Source: a virus (taxonomy: Duplodnaviria; Caudoviricetes). Taken from it: 64,000 nt of DNA. The stretch covers positions 23,714 to 87,713 of IMG/VR virus record IMGVR_UViG_2513237087_000004; one strand, 5' to 3'. The notes under the pieces are model-generated. The model had not been told where the DNA came from, made no database searches, and worked only from the letters and a program-made list of their open reading frames with translations. This document shows, in pieces, positions 62,780 through 64,000 of the stretch. The position numbers and the translations under genes are program-made. Within the stretch, counting starts at the first letter, position 1; each line of letters begins with the position of its first letter.

Positions 62780-64000
62780 GTGGACGCCAAGTTCCGGTAC
62801 ACCTGCCGCGAGCGTGATCGCCACGGCAAGGAGCGGATCTATTTCCGGCGCCGGCCGGGCGAGAAGCGCATCGAACTGCCCTTCTATCCGCGCGGCGAGA
62901 CGCCGCCAGAGGGCTTCACGCGGGCCTATCACGGGGCGATGAAGGCGACGGTGGGCGATAGACCGGCAGACACGCCGGCAGTCAAAGTGCGGGCGACATC
63001 GCAGCCGACGGTCGGCACATTCCGCTGGCTCTGCGCGCAGTATTTCGCCTCCGGCGAGTTCCGCCAGCTCGGGCCATCCACGCGCACCGTTCGGCGGGGC
63101 ATCCTGGAGCACTGCTTACTGGAGCCTACGGCGCCCGGCTCCGTGACGGTCTTCGCCGATCTGCGCATCGAGCAGATCAGCGCCAAGGGCGTCCGCGTGC
63201 TGCGCGACCGCAAGGCCGGATTGCCCGAGGCGGCAAATGGCCGGGTCAAGGCGATTCGACAGGTGTTCGCTTGGGCGATCAAGGCCGAGCCGGACATGGT
63301 CAGCCTCAACCCAGCGCGCGACGTACCCTACCTCAAGGGGCGGGCAGATGGGTTCCACACTTGGACCATCGAGGAGGTGCAGGCCTTTGCGGTCCGCCAT
63401 CCGCTTGGAAGCAAGGCCCACCTCGCCCTGGCGCTCCTCCTGTTCAGCGGCGTGCGGCGGTCCGACGTGGTCAAGCTCGGCCCGCAGATGATTCGGAACG
63501 GCTGGCTCCGGTTTGCCGAGACGAAGGGCGCCACGCAGATCCGGAAGGATCGCGAAATCCCTGTGCTGCCGATCCTGGCGTCGGTGATCGAGGCATCCGA
63601 CCTCGGGCACCTGGCATTCCTAGTCACCGCGTTTGGTCGCCCTTTCACAGCCAACGGCTTCGGCAACTGGTTCCGGAAGCGCTGCGATGAGGCGGGCCTG
63701 CCCCATTGTTCGGCCCATGGCCTGCGCAAGGCGGGCGCGACGATCGCCGCCGAGAACGGGGCGACGGAACATCAGCTGATGGCGATGTATGGGTGGGAGA
63801 GCCCGAAGCAGGCGGCGATCTACACCCGGCGGGCCAACCGGCGAAAGCTGGCCGGCGCCGGGATGCCCTTTATCGATCTCGGCAACCTGGATGGCATCGA
63901 GGACATCGCCGAGGCGCCGCCGGAGGGCGAGCGCGAGGACGAAGCCGGAACAGATTATCCTAACCTTCTTCGCGGTTCGGATAATTCTGGCTCTAAGTGA
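62780..64000 (+). CDS. int: Tyrosine recombinase (phage integrase)
   Basis: SGVRRSD (R), HGLRK (H-x-x-R), YGW (W for second His), IYT (catalytic Tyr); GTG start 62780. Confidence 0.93.
   Translation: MDAKFRYTCRERDRHGKERIYFRRRPGEKRIELPFYPRGETPPEGFTRAYHGAMKATVGDRPADTPAVKVRATSQPTVGTFRWLCAQYFASGEFRQLGPSTRTVRRGILEHCLLEPTAPGSVTVFADLRIEQISAKGVRVLRDRKAGLPEAANGRVKAIRQVFAWAIKAEPDMVSLNPARDVPYLKGRADGFHTWTIEEVQAFAVRHPLGSKAHLALALLLFSGVRRSDVVKLGPQMIRNGWLRFAETKGATQIRKDREIPVLPILASVIEASDLGHLAFLVTAFGRPFTANGFGNWFRKRCDEAGLPHCSAHGLRKAGATIAAENGATEHQLMAMYGWESPKQAAIYTRRANRRKLAGAGMPFIDLGNLDGIEDIAEAPPEGEREDEAGTDYPNLLRGSDNSGSK

Larger units (their letters stand above)
1..64000. mobile_element. Temperate lambdoid/HK97-like prophage (partial: integrase to prohead protease)
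   Basis: Canonical order int-xis-early left operon-cI/cro-replication-Q-like-HNH-terS-terL-portal-protease; many overlapping ATGA/GTGA gene junctions. Confidence 0.97.

Noticed and set aside
1-64000. Many long alternative-frame ORFs in the track (e.g. 17326-19080+, 23455-25578+, 38283-40115-, 47165-49117-, 44216-45430-)
   Set aside because: Antisense or overlapping shadows of well-supported genes in high-GC DNA; Arg/Ala/Pro-rich with no motifs
63960-64000. att site
   Set aside because: The window ends at the integrase stop; no flanking DNA to identify a core repeat

Overview
All 64 kb is part of one large temperate, lambdoid/HK97-like prophage from a high-GC alphaproteobacterial host. The integrase ends exactly at 64000 and the prohead protease runs off base 1, so att sites, capsid, tail and lysis genes are outside the window. 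Layout: (i) head/packaging genes on the minus strand (ClpP-like protease, portal, terL with an in-frame TAG, terS, 1-4346); (ii) a probable cos region followed by a ~6.4 kb inverted cassette of small, mostly uncharacterised genes with two families of intergenic repeats (4.6-11.0 kb), wedged between the HNH gene and terS; (iii) a minus-strand early-right/replication operon (DnaB, toprim primase, SNF2, Mom-like GNAT, PAPS-reductase-like, CtrA-like wHTH, ParB-like, C5 MTase, gp88-like, ART-like, RuvC-like, AT-hook/GapR-like, MT-A70, GcrA-like, LexA-DBD, cro); (iv) an intact-looking cro/cI switch with CGCTAC-N5-GTAGCG operators at both PR and PL, and a lower-GC cassette of two SAM methyltransferases; (v) a ~28 kb plus-strand early-left operon (N6 MTase, SMC-like ATPase, RecE/RecT, DnaQ-like, ARC-like AAA+, beta clamp, 681-aa/140-aa pair, gp37/68, J-domain/HD chimera, DHFR, SLOG, ASCH, thermonuclease, xis, int). 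All family assignments are from motifs recognised by eye; no database search was run. Best candidates for something new: the cos-proximal inverted repeat-punctuated cassette (possibly first-injected anti-defence genes), the set of host master-regulator mimics, and the Mom-like/PAPS-reductase DNA-modification cluster.
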